From: Alphaproteobacteria bacterium
Lineage (GTDB): Bacteria > Pseudomonadota > Alphaproteobacteria > Micavibrionales > UBA2020
Direction of reading: 5' to 3'
Assembly: GCA_016794125.1 (NCBI GenBank)
Contig: JAEUKT010000002.1
Span: 1,177,769 to 1,241,768, forward strand
DNA: 64,000 bases
In this document: piece after piece, positions 27,751-37,178 of the stretch
Layout of the letters: the number at the start of each line of letters is the position of its first letter
How positions within the stretch are numbered: position 1 is the first letter of the stretch
Position numbers and translations under genes: made by a program
The notes under the pieces: model-generated
What the model was told of the DNA's origin: nothing
What the model saw: only the letters and a program-made list of their open reading frames with translations
The model's database searches: none

Positions 27751-28902
27751 ATGAAATTCGAAGACACCAGCCTGTTGCGTCACCCGACCGTCGAGAAGGC
27801 GTATAACGTCATGCGCACATTTTTTACCGATGGCGACGACTGGGCGCGGGAAGCGGTGCGGGTCGGCGAGATCATCACGGCCAATGCCAAGAACCCCGAC
27901 CCCGATGCGATCGCGGCGAGTGTGCTGATGAACGGCATGGTTATTCCGTATGAGGCGGAGCAGTTCGAACAGTCTGTGTCCCCCCGCGCGGCGGATTACC
28001 TGAAAAAATTCTACGAACTCGACCTCGAAAACCCGAAATTCTCGACCGCGGGCGAACAGCAGGTGTTGCTGGCGACCTCCGTCATTGGCCTTCAGGCCGT
28101 GCAGGCGAAAATCGCCGCCGGCGAAGTGGCGCATATCATCGAATACCGCAATGTCAGCCGCGTGATCGACATGAACGAACGCAGCCTCGCCGAAATCGCG
28201 CGCGACGGCACGACGGAAACCGAAATGCTGCAGGCCGCGCAAACGGCCTTGGTCGGCGCGCAAACCGCGCTGGCGGGCGTTGTCGCGCAGCGCGTAAACG
28301 AATTGAAATTCGAAAACACCGGTCTGCCGGACCACCCGACCATCCGCAGCGTGTACGAAGACATGAAGGCATGGGCATTCGATGGCGACCCGCTGGGCGG
28401 CTATGCCCAGACAAATGCCGCGATTGCCAAAGTCGTGGCCGACAGCGTTTCCAGCGATCCCGAAGTGATCGCGGCGGCGCTCCTGAACCAGTACAGCACC
28501 CTGCGCCCCGGCCATAAAAAGCCCGAAGATTTCGGTGCGCGCATTGCCGAATTGTGGGAACAATCTTCCCCCTGGGCGCGCATGAGCAGCGAAGACGACG
28601 CAAAACAGCCGAAAACGCCGGAGGCGCTTGCCATCCGTCAGGCGGCGCGCCTGTACTTCCTTGAAGGCCAGATCGAATGGATGAATTCGGCCAAGGGCAT
28701 GGAACAAGAATCGCGCGTGCAAACGCTGGAACGCCTCGAAGACAGCCGCGATATCGTGGCGCAGGCGGCGGCATCGCAGGATAATGCGGTGTTCAAGGCG
28801 CGGCTTGAAAAGGCGGTCGCGGGCGCGGACGCGCTGATCCACAAGCCCGAAAACGTAAAGATCCGCAAGCCGGGCAGCCCGAAGGTCGATCCGGGTTGGT
28901 AA
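27751..28902 (+). CDS. Two-repeat protein resembling degenerate RelA/SpoT-type HD hydrolase domains
   Basis: Internal duplication MKFEDTSLLRHPTV / LKFENTGLPDHPTI; DPDAIAASVLMNG and DPEVIAAALLNQY..EDFGARIAEL align with HD_4 AAxLHD..FG..VA, with the HD residues lost. Confidence 0.75.
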   Translation: MKFEDTSLLRHPTVEKAYNVMRTFFTDGDDWAREAVRVGEIITANAKNPDPDAIAASVLMNGMVIPYEAEQFEQSVSPRAADYLKKFYELDLENPKFSTAGEQQVLLATSVIGLQAVQAKIAAGEVAHIIEYRNVSRVIDMNERSLAEIARDGTTETEMLQAAQTALVGAQTALAGVVAQRVNELKFENTGLPDHPTIRSVYEDMKAWAFDGDPLGGYAQTNAAIAKVVADSVSSDPEVIAAALLNQYSTLRPGHKKPEDFGARIAELWEQSSPWARMSSEDDAKQPKTPEALAIRQAARLYFLEGQIEWMNSAKGMEQESRVQTLERLEDSRDIVAQAAASQDNAVFKARLEKAVAGADALIHKPENVKIRKPGSPKVDPGW

Positions 28903-28945
28903 AATTCAGGAAATAATGTAGTATCCGTTGCATAAGGTTTTAGTC

Positions 28946-29176
28946 ATGAAAATCGCACTCGCCATTCTCGCCGCTCTCGTTATCGCCACTCCTGCAATCG
29001 CAGACCGTGGCGATGCGAATGACGCGCCGAAAATCGTGATCGCGAAAACCACCTCCGAACAGCGCGCCGTTGCGGAAATCATCTCCGGCCGCCTGCGCTC
29101 GGCACTGGAAAGCGAGCCCTATACGCTCGACATTTCCACGCCCGCGCAAACCAGCGACATATCGATTAGCCGCTAA
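28946..29176 (+). CDS. Small secreted hypothetical protein (76 aa)
   Basis: Signal peptide MKIALAILAALVIATPAIA. Confidence 0.65.
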   Translation: MKIALAILAALVIATPAIADRGDANDAPKIVIAKTTSEQRAVAEIISGRLRSALESEPYTLDISTPAQTSDISISR

Positions 29177-29347
29177 ATAACCCGTCCTTCGCCTGACTTC
29201 GCGTTTCACCCCCCGCGCAAGCAGCGGCGGGGGCGAAAACTGTTGCGCAAACACAAGGAAATGACGTTATGAAAATAATTAGATGATAGACCCAAAAAGC
29301 TAATTCAGGCATTTTGCTAAGTGATTTTTGCATCCCAGAGGAACACC

Positions 29348-32215
29348 ATGACCATCGACTACGGCAACACCATCCACCTTCCGAAAACCGACTTCCCGCG
29401 CCGCGCCGGACTTGCGCAGCTGGAGCCGAAAATCCAGAAGCGGTGGGCGGATATGGACCTCTATAAAAAGCAGCGCGAGGCGTCGAAAGACCGCGAGACG
29501 TTTATCCTGCATTTCGGCCCTCCATTCGCCAACGGGCATATCCATCTTGGCCACCTGCTGTCGAAAACGCTGAAGGATTTCGTGACGCGCAGCCAGCAGG
29601 CGACCGGCAAAAACGCGCTGCTGGTGCCCGGCTGGGATTGCCACGGGTTGCCGATCGAATGGAAGATCGAGGAAAAATACCGCGCCGAGGGCAAGAAGAA
29701 GAATGATACCGACGCCGTCGCCTTCCGCGCCGAATGCCGCAATTTCGCGCAGGGCTGGGTCGATGTGCAGAACAGCGAATTCCAGCGCGTGGGCGTGATG
29801 GGCGACTGGAAAAATTACTACAGCACCATGCACCCGACATCGGAAGCCACGATCGCGCAGGAAATCCACAAATTCCTGCTAAACGGCGGATTGTACCGCG
29901 GATCGAAACCCGTCATGTGGTCGATCCCCGAACAAACCGCGCTCGCCGAAGCGGAAGTGGAATACAAGGACGTTACGTCCGACACCGCATGGGTGAAATT
30001 CCCCGTCGCGAAAAAAGGCACGAAATTCCCGGCATCGTTCGACGGCGCATCCGTCGTTATCTGGACGACGACCCCCTGGACGCTGCCCGGCAACCGTGCC
30101 GTCGCCTATGGCAAGGACATTGATTACATCGTTGTGACTGTGTCCTCGGTTGGCGAAGAAGCGCTGGTAAAAGCGGGCGACAAGCTGATCGTCGCATCCG
30201 CGCTGCTGGATGCTTTCCTGAAAAGCGCGAAAATCACCGGCAGCACGCAATCGGAATCTGCCAAGGGCGAAGCGTTCGAAGGCACGATCTGCCATCACGC
30301 GCTGCACGGCAAGGGCTACGAATTCGACGTGCCGATGCTCGAAGGCGATTTCGTCACGACCGATGCGGGTACGGGTTTCGTGCATATCGCGCCGGGTCAT
30401 GGCGAGGACGATTACCGCCTCGGCCTGAAAAACCATATTGAAGTGCCGCATACCGTGAAGGGCGATGGCACGTATTTCGAAGACGTGCCGCTCTTCGCTG
30501 GCATCCCCGTCTATCTGCCCGACGGCAAAAAAGGCTGGGCGAATAAAACCGTGCTGAAGGAAATCACAGAGTCCGGCAACCTTGTGGCCAAGGCGCAGAT
30601 CCAGCACAGCTATCCGCATTCGTGGCGTTCAAAAGCGCCCGTGATCTTCCGCAACACGCCGCAATGGTTTATCTCGATGGAGAAAAACGACCTGCGCGCG
30701 AAGGCGCTGTCGGAAATCAAGAAAACGCGCTGGATCCCCGCGCGCGGCGAAAACCGCATCGCGGCGATGGTGGAGCAGCGCGGTGATTGGTGCGTATCCC
30801 GCCAGCGCGCCTGGGGCGTACCCATCGCGATCTTCGTGAACAAGAAAACGAACGAGCCGCTGAAGGACGAAAAAGTCCTGAAAAACATCATCGATATCTT
30901 CAACAAGGAAGGATCGGATGCGTGGTTCGCGCGTCCTGCTTCGGATTTCCTTGGTGCTGGTTATAACGCTGACGATTTCGAACAGGTGAAGGACATCATC
31001 GACGTCTGGTTTGAATCGGGCTCCACCCAAGGCTTCGTGCTGGAAAACCGTCCCGACCTGCACCGCCCCGCCGACCTTTATCTGGAAGGCTCGGACCAGC
31101 ATCGCGGCTGGTTCCAGTCATCCTTGCTGGTCGGCTGCGGCACGCGCGGCGACGCACCGTTCAAGGCTGTTTTGACGCACGGTTTCATCCTCGACGAAAA
31201 AGGCTACAAGATGTCCAAAAGCACGGGCAACGTGACATCGCCCAACGCGCTGATGGAAAAATACGGCGCGGATGTGATGCGCCTCTGGGTCGCGGGTTCG
31301 GATTACACCGAAGACATCAAGTTCGGTGAAAACATCCTGTCCGGCCATGTCGATATCTATCGCCGCATCCGCAACACCTTCTGCTATCTGCTGGGTTCGG
31401 TCACGGGCTTCAAGGCATCGGATCGTCTTGCGTATGACAAGCTTGGCGATTTCGACAAGTGGGTGCTGCACCGCCTGTATGAAATCGACCAGACCGTGCG
31501 CCAATGCGTGAATGATTTCGATTTCCTGAAACTGACGACCGTGGTGCATAACTTCTGCGCGCGCGACCTGTCGGCTTTCTATTTCGATGTGTGCAAGGAC
31601 ACGCTGTATTGCGAAGCGACCGGCAGCGACAAGCGCCGCGGCGTGCTGACGGTGCTGGACCATGTGTTCAACCACCTTGTGCATTGGTTGTCGCCCGTGC
31701 TGGTCTATACGACCGAAGAAGCATGGCTGTCGTATAAGGGCCTGACGCTGGACGACGCGAAGGAAAGCATCCACCTGTCCACCATGCCCGTCGCGCCGAA
31801 AGAATGGCTGAATGCCGACCTTGCCGTGAAATGGGACAAGATCGCGGCCGTGCGCGGCGTGGTCACCGGCGCGCTGGAAATCAAGCGCGCGGAAAAACAG
31901 ATCGGCGCGTCGCTGGAGGCATCGCCGCAGGTGTTCGTGGCCGATACCGCATTGGCGGGCGTGCTGAAAAGCATTTCCTTCGCCGATGTCTGCATCACAT
32001 CGGGCATCGATGTGCAGCATGGCGCGGCACCCGCCGGCGCATTCACGCTGCAGGGCGTGGAGGGCGTATCGGTCGTGTTCCACAAGGCAGAGGGCGCGAA
32101 ATGCGAGCGTTGCTGGCGATATACCGGCGATGTGGGCAGCAACGCGCACCATGCCGGCATCTGCGCCCGTTGCGCGGAAGTCGTTGAACGCGAACATAAA
32201 TCCGCCGCCGCGTAA
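29348..32215 (+). CDS. ileS: Isoleucine--tRNA ligase
   Basis: PPFANGHIHLGH, PGWDCHGLPIE, WTTTPWTLP, EGSDQHRGWF, KMSKS, C-terminal CERCW..CARC zinc finger. Confidence 0.99.
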   Translation: MTIDYGNTIHLPKTDFPRRAGLAQLEPKIQKRWADMDLYKKQREASKDRETFILHFGPPFANGHIHLGHLLSKTLKDFVTRSQQATGKNALLVPGWDCHGLPIEWKIEEKYRAEGKKKNDTDAVAFRAECRNFAQGWVDVQNSEFQRVGVMGDWKNYYSTMHPTSEATIAQEIHKFLLNGGLYRGSKPVMWSIPEQTALAEAEVEYKDVTSDTAWVKFPVAKKGTKFPASFDGASVVIWTTTPWTLPGNRAVAYGKDIDYIVVTVSSVGEEALVKAGDKLIVASALLDAFLKSAKITGSTQSESAKGEAFEGTICHHALHGKGYEFDVPMLEGDFVTTDAGTGFVHIAPGHGEDDYRLGLKNHIEVPHTVKGDGTYFEDVPLFAGIPVYLPDGKKGWANKTVLKEITESGNLVAKAQIQHSYPHSWRSKAPVIFRNTPQWFISMEKNDLRAKALSEIKKTRWIPARGENRIAAMVEQRGDWCVSRQRAWGVPIAIFVNKKTNEPLKDEKVLKNIIDIFNKEGSDAWFARPASDFLGAGYNADDFEQVKDIIDVWFESGSTQGFVLENRPDLHRPADLYLEGSDQHRGWFQSSLLVGCGTRGDAPFKAVLTHGFILDEKGYKMSKSTGNVTSPNALMEKYGADVMRLWVAGSDYTEDIKFGENILSGHVDIYRRIRNTFCYLLGSVTGFKASDRLAYDKLGDFDKWVLHRLYEIDQTVRQCVNDFDFLKLTTVVHNFCARDLSAFYFDVCKDTLYCEATGSDKRRGVLTVLDHVFNHLVHWLSPVLVYTTEEAWLSYKGLTLDDAKESIHLSTMPVAPKEWLNADLAVKWDKIAAVRGVVTGALEIKRAEKQIGASLEASPQVFVADTALAGVLKSISFADVCITSGIDVQHGAAPAGAFTLQGVEGVSVVFHKAEGAKCERCWRYTGDVGSNAHHAGICARCAEVVEREHKSAAA

Positions 32216-32301
32216 GGATTTTTATCCGGCAGGGGTGGCGAAACGGCAGGCGCAGCTTATATAGCTTGCCAGCACAACTTTTTGATATGAAGGAAAATGA
32301 A

Positions 32302-32868
32302 ATGACCGGAACCGCAACCGCACACGTCCTGCCCCATGTGAACAACATCGAAACGCTAAAGGACGCGCTGCCCGATTTCGCCAAAGATATCCGCCTGAAC
32401 CTGTCGGGCGTGATCAAGGCGGATGATGTGTCGGGCGGCCTCAGCCTCAACCATGTTATGGGTGTCGCGCTGGCTTCGGCTTATGCAACGCGCAACCGCA
32501 CCGTGATCGCGGCGCTGGAGGGTGAAACCGCCTCCATCCTCAGCCCCGAAGAAATCAACGCCGCGAAGGCCGCCGCGACCGTGATGGCGATGAGCAATAT
32601 TTACTACCGCTCCACCTATATGGTCGGCGACGATGAAATCGGCAAGCTGCCGGCAGGCCTGCGCATGAACGTGATCGGCAACCCCGGCGTGGATAAAGTG
32701 ACGTTCGAGCTTTATTCGCTGGGCGTTTCCGCCGTCAACGGCTGCTCCGCCTGCCTTGCCGCCCATGCGAAAGGCGCGCAGGCGCATGACATCAGCAAAG
32801 TCGGCGTGCAGCATACGCTGCGCATCGCGGCGGTGTTGTTCGCGGCGGCGCAGGCTGTTTCGATTTAA
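32302..32868 (+). CDS. ahpD: Alkyl hydroperoxide reductase AhpD
   Basis: LPDFAKDIRLNL, MAMSNIYYR, SAVNGCSACLAAH (CxxC). Confidence 0.9.
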   Translation: MTGTATAHVLPHVNNIETLKDALPDFAKDIRLNLSGVIKADDVSGGLSLNHVMGVALASAYATRNRTVIAALEGETASILSPEEINAAKAAATVMAMSNIYYRSTYMVGDDEIGKLPAGLRMNVIGNPGVDKVTFELYSLGVSAVNGCSACLAAHAKGAQAHDISKVGVQHTLRIAAVLFAAAQAVSI

Positions 32869-32887
32869 TTTTTAAGGGAGTTATTTC

Positions 32888-33334
32888 ATGAGCAAGAAAA
32901 GCGCGAAAGTCATCGAAGCACTCGAAAAACTGCTGGCGGACAGCTACACGCTGCAGCTGAAAACGCAGAATTACCATTGGAACGTGACAGGCCCCAGCTT
33001 CAATTCGCTGCACCTGCTGTTTGAAACGCAATACACCGACCTTTCCACCGCCGTCGATGAAATCGCGGAACGCATCCGCGCGCTGGGCGGCAAGGCGCCG
33101 GGCAGCTTCAAGGCGTTTGCGAAACTGGCCAGCATCAAGGAAGAAACGGAATCGCCCAAGGCGACCGACATGGTGAAAAACCTCGCCAAAGATCAGGAAA
33201 CCATCGTGGCATCGGCCGAAAAAGTGCTGAAGGCCGCCGAAGAAATCGGCGACGAACCGACGGTCGACCTTGCCATCGGCCGCCAACAGCTGCACCAGAA
33301 AAACGCCTGGATGCTGCACGCGCATCTGGAATAA
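32888..33334 (+). CDS. dps: Dps family ferritin-like DNA protection protein
   Basis: KTQNYHWNVTG..LHLLFE, DEIAERIRALG, HQKNAWML. Confidence 0.97.
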   Translation: MSKKSAKVIEALEKLLADSYTLQLKTQNYHWNVTGPSFNSLHLLFETQYTDLSTAVDEIAERIRALGGKAPGSFKAFAKLASIKEETESPKATDMVKNLAKDQETIVASAEKVLKAAEEIGDEPTVDLAIGRQQLHQKNAWMLHAHLE

Positions 33335-33337
33335 GCC

Positions 33338-33775
33338 ATGCCGGGTTTCCTTTTAACATGGAATCCCGCGATCGGCGACCAAGGCGACAACTGGTCGGAT
33401 GACGACCTTGTGAAGAAATTAATCTCTCCCTTCCGCCGGAAGGGGGAGATTTTTTTGAACTGGCGCACCGCCGCGCCGCGCAAGATGCAAATCGGCGACC
33501 AAGTGTTTTTGCTGAAACAGGGGCCGCGCCCCAAGGGCATCTTCGGCATCGGCGTTGTGGCAAAGCAGGCCGAACGCGAACCGGATGATCCCGCGCGGTT
33601 CCGCGTGCGTGTGCAGATCATCAAACTGGTGAACCCTGTAAAGGGCGAATTTCTGGCGGGTGAAATGGCGCTGACGGATTTGATCGGCAAATTGCTGGTC
33701 GGCGCGCGCTTTAGCGGCCGGTCTATTCCCGAAGACCGCTTGAAGCGGCTCAATAAATATCTGGCTAAAGGCTGA
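33338..33775 (+). CDS. Standalone EVE/PUA-like domain protein (tentative)
   Basis: FLLTWNP, W, GDQVFLLKQG..KGIFGIGVV pattern recalled from EVE-like domains; not confirmed by search. Confidence 0.55.
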   Translation: MPGFLLTWNPAIGDQGDNWSDDDLVKKLISPFRRKGEIFLNWRTAAPRKMQIGDQVFLLKQGPRPKGIFGIGVVAKQAEREPDDPARFRVRVQIIKLVNPVKGEFLAGEMALTDLIGKLLVGARFSGRSIPEDRLKRLNKYLAKG

Positions 33776-34460
33776 AACTGTCGCCGTGTTTGTGGCGCGT
33801 CACCACGCCGTCTTTCAGCACGGTCACGCGGCCTTTGCCGACGACCTCGTAATTGCCGTTTTTGATCACGACGCCGGTGTCTTCGTCCAATCCGATGCCA
33901 ATCTTGCGGCTGTCGGCGGCGGCTGCGCCGAATAAACGCTTCAGCCGGTGGCGCTGGTTGAAATGCGTGTCGAACACGATATCGGGTGTGAAACTTAATC
34001 CTTCGCCAAGACCCAATCCGCCGGGTTTCAATGCGTTGCGCGGCTCGCCGCCCGTGATCATCAATTGCGACATGGCGGCGGCACCCGCGCTGGTGCCCGC
34101 AATGACCGCGCCTTCGGTTTCACGCGCGGCAAGCGCGGCAAGGAATGCCGTGCCGCCAAAGGCCGCCGACAGTTTTTCCTGATCGCCGCCCGAGAAAAAG
34201 ACGACATCGTAATTTTTGAGCGATGTGACGCTGGCGGGCGCGTCTGCTTCTGCCTTGGTCGTGATATGGCGGATATCGGGCGTGACATTCAGCCGCGCGA
34301 AAGCGTCGCGGTATTTTTCCGCGACTTCTTCGGGATACCCGGTCGCGGTCGTGATGACCAGCACGCGCGGGTTCGCGAGGGCAGATTCCGCCAGCACGCG
34401 CTTCAGCACGGTCATTTCGCCGGTTTTGTCCTCTGCGCCGCCGATGGCAATGATTGTCAT
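33765..34460 (-). CDS. Cyanophycinase-like serine hydrolase (peptidase S51)
   Basis: IAIGGAEDK, FFSGGDQ, nucleophile GTSAGA, DTHFNQRHRLKRL, GIGLDEDT. Confidence 0.88.
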   Translation of the reverse strand: MTIIAIGGAEDKTGEMTVLKRVLAESALANPRVLVITTATGYPEEVAEKYRDAFARLNVTPDIRHITTKAEADAPASVTSLKNYDVVFFSGGDQEKLSAAFGGTAFLAALAARETEGAVIAGTSAGAAAMSQLMITGGEPRNALKPGGLGLGEGLSFTPDIVFDTHFNQRHRLKRLFGAAAADSRKIGIGLDEDTGVVIKNGNYEVVGKGRVTVLKDGVVTRHKHGDSFSL

Positions 34461-34461
34461 G

Positions 34462-35406
34462 TCAGAACCATGTGGTGAAAACATTGATGGCGGGCAGCAG
34501 TTTCGGCTTTACCGCCGGGTCGCGCCCCGCCAGCCACAGATGGCTATCGATATCCTGCGACCGCGCGCCGCTCGCCTTCGCCAATTCATCGGCAGCGGTG
34601 ATCGTCGCCGCGCGTAGGTCGCGCACAACAGAGTCGTTTTCGGCAAAGCCCTGCTTCGATGTCAGTTTTTCGCGCAAATCATCCGACAGTTTCAGCACGC
34701 CCAGCCCCTCCAGCACCTGCGGCAGTACGTAGTCGGATGCCACGGGCGCGTCGGTTACAACCGCCACGCCGCGGTTTTCGGCATGTGCCGCCGTCATCAG
34801 CACGCTCAGGATCGCTTTTTTGCGGAACGGGTCGGCGGCAAAACTTTGCGGGAAGATATCGGCCATCGCGTTGATAAAGGCGAAATCGAAATTGTATTTA
34901 TTATCTTGCGGCTGCCATGCAGCCTTCACCAGTTTATCCAGCGCGGCATAGGCGGCGGGGTCGGCGAATTCGCGGAACATCGCAAGGCGTTCCTGCGCCA
35001 TCGGCGCGTCCTTCAGCAGCGGCGCGATTTTGGCATCTACTTGTGCGGCATCGTGAATGTCGATGCCGGGTATCACGTTGGCAGCGCGTAGCTCGTCCAT
35101 TTTCGCCAGCATCGCGGCTGCGCCCGATCCGTTGATGTTCCATTTCTGCGGTACGCCGTTTGCATCGGGCGTGATAAATCCGCCCTGCTGCGCGCAGATC
35201 AGCGCCATTTCAAACAACACGCGCGTGGCATCGAACGGGTCCTGCTTGGCGGTGTCGCTGATATAATTATTCCAGCTGGGTGCCTTGCCCGCCTGTTTGA
35301 ACGATACCGCCACATCGTGCAGCTTTTCGGCATCAATGGAGACATGGGGCGACGCAGCCACGATATCGCGCGCGTTCTGCATGAACTGTTCAAGGCGGGT
35401 CATCAT
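34462..35406 (-). CDS. Queuosine salvage (DUF2419/Qng1-like) protein, divergent
   Basis: SDYVLPQVLEGLGVLKLSDDL, DLRAATITAADEL, DIDSHLW. Start 35406 after RBS CAGGAG. Confidence 0.7.
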   Translation of the reverse strand: MMTRLEQFMQNARDIVAASPHVSIDAEKLHDVAVSFKQAGKAPSWNNYISDTAKQDPFDATRVLFEMALICAQQGGFITPDANGVPQKWNINGSGAAAMLAKMDELRAANVIPGIDIHDAAQVDAKIAPLLKDAPMAQERLAMFREFADPAAYAALDKLVKAAWQPQDNKYNFDFAFINAMADIFPQSFAADPFRKKAILSVLMTAAHAENRGVAVVTDAPVASDYVLPQVLEGLGVLKLSDDLREKLTSKQGFAENDSVVRDLRAATITAADELAKASGARSQDIDSHLWLAGRDPAVKPKLLPAINVFTTWF

Positions 35407-35462
35407 TTTACTCCTGAGATAACCTATTTTATGGCAATCGCAACAGGAGTCAACCCGGACTA

Positions 35463-36356
35463 TCAGCCTGAAAAGGCTGCGAAATATTGCACCAGATGGT
35501 CGATGAATTTGCGGGTGCGGGCGCTTAAATGACGCTGCGGCACATAGACGGCCTGTATCAGCATCGGTTCTTCCTCGTATTCCTCCAGCAATATTTCCAG
35601 CGCGCCGCTGTTCACATGGTCGCCGACGATGAAACTGGGCAGCACGGTGATGCCGCAATCGCGGAGCGCGGCATCCAGCAGCAGCGATCCGTTATCGCTG
35701 GAAAAACGTCCCGCCACAGGCTGTAAATGTTTGCGCCCGTTGATGCGGTAACCCCAGGCCTTGCCGTCATTCACGCCGCTATAGACCATGCAGTTATGCT
35801 GCGACAGGTCCTGCGGTTTTTCGGGGCGGCCGTGCTGGTTTAAATATGCGGGGCTGGCGACCGTCACGCGCCGGCTTTCCGCCAGTTTGCGCGCAACTAA
35901 TGACGTATTGGCGATATCGCCGATGCGGATCGCAAGGTCAAAATCCTCCTGCGTCAATTCAGCCGCGCGGTCACCAAGATACAGCCGCACGCCGACATCG
36001 GGATATTTATCAAGGAATGACGCGACAGCGGGGCCGAGGAATTTTGTGCCGAAGGTGACCGGCGCGCTGACGCGCACATCGCCGACGGGGTTTTCATTTT
36101 GATAGCGCAGGTTTTCTTCAACTTCGGCCAGTTCGTGGATGATGCGGCGCGCATGGTCGAAGTATTGATAGCCCGCATCTGTCAGCGCCACATGCCGCGT
36201 GGTGCGCTGGAGCAGGCGGGTGCCGAGATAACCTTCCAGATCCTTGATGCGTTTGCTGACCACCGAATTGGCGATGTTCAGCCGCCGTGCGGTTTCTGCG
36301 AAGCTGTTGGTCTCGGCGACCGTCACGAAAGCGAGGATATTGGCCAGTCTGTCCAT
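35463..36356 (-). CDS. LysR family transcriptional regulator
   Basis: SFAETARRLNIANSVVSKRIKDLEGYLGTRLLQRTTR, FDLAIRIG. Confidence 0.97.
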   Translation of the reverse strand: MDRLANILAFVTVAETNSFAETARRLNIANSVVSKRIKDLEGYLGTRLLQRTTRHVALTDAGYQYFDHARRIIHELAEVEENLRYQNENPVGDVRVSAPVTFGTKFLGPAVASFLDKYPDVGVRLYLGDRAAELTQEDFDLAIRIGDIANTSLVARKLAESRRVTVASPAYLNQHGRPEKPQDLSQHNCMVYSGVNDGKAWGYRINGRKHLQPVAGRFSSDNGSLLLDAALRDCGITVLPSFIVGDHVNSGALEILLEEYEEEPMLIQAVYVPQRHLSARTRKFIDHLVQYFAAFSG

Positions 36357-36358
36357 AA

Positions 36359-36389
36359 TTTATATTAGTCGAATAAATCGAAATATAAA
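36359..36389. promoter_or_regulatory. Imperfect inverted repeat, candidate LysR operator
   Basis: TTTATATT..TCGA-ATAAA-TCGA-AATATAAA in the LysR/pirin divergent intergenic region. Confidence 0.45.
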
Positions 36390-36458
36390 TGATAATTTCA
36401 TGATATTCCGCTTTTTAAACGAACAGAATATATTGGTAGATAGAAAGGTTGGTGTAAC

Positions 36459-37163
36459 ATGATGAACATCACAAAATCGAATGATCGTGGAGAAACAGGT
36501 ACTTACTGGCTGCAAAGCTTCCACAGCTTCTCCTTCGGCGAATATTATGATCCTCGCAATATGGGTTTCGGCCCGCTGCGCGTCATCAACGAAGACGTTG
36601 TGCGCGCCGGTACGGGTTTCGACACCCATCCCCATGCGAATATGGAGATCATGACCTATGTCCTCAGCGGTTCGCTGGAGCATAAGGACAGCCTCGGCAA
36701 TGGCGGCATCATCCGCCCCGGCGACGTTCAATTGATGAGCGCGGGGAAAGGGATTCTGCACAGCGAGAAAAACCCGTCGGAGTCTGAAGACGTCCACCTG
36801 CTGCAAATCTGGATCATGCCCAATGTTGCGGGCACGCAGCCGGGTTACCAGCAAACCACGTTCAATCCGGTGGAAATGCAGAATGCGCTGCGGCTGGTCG
36901 TGTCGCCCGATGGCGAAAACGGCTCGCTGGTGATCAAGCAGGATGCAAGGCTCTGGGTTGCGCGGCTGGATGCGGGTGCCGGCGTTTCTCTGGAAATGAA
37001 GCCGGACCGGAAATACTGGTTCCAGATGGCGCGCGGTTCTGCGGAGCTGCTCGGCAAAACGCTGGAGCAGGGCGATGCGCTCGGGCTTGATAATGAACCC
37101 GGCAAGGCGGATATTAAAGCGACCGAAAAATCCGAACTGCTCGTGTTCGAACTGCCCCGTTAA
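36459..37163 (+). CDS. Pirin family protein (YhhW-like)
   Basis: HSFSFGEYYDP, GFDTHPHANMEI, LEHKDSLGNG, QLMSAGKGILHSE. Confidence 0.96.
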   Translation: MMNITKSNDRGETGTYWLQSFHSFSFGEYYDPRNMGFGPLRVINEDVVRAGTGFDTHPHANMEIMTYVLSGSLEHKDSLGNGGIIRPGDVQLMSAGKGILHSEKNPSESEDVHLLQIWIMPNVAGTQPGYQQTTFNPVEMQNALRLVVSPDGENGSLVIKQDARLWVARLDAGAGVSLEMKPDRKYWFQMARGSAELLGKTLEQGDALGLDNEPGKADIKATEKSELLVFELPR

Positions 37164-37178
37164 CAAAGGAAATAAACC

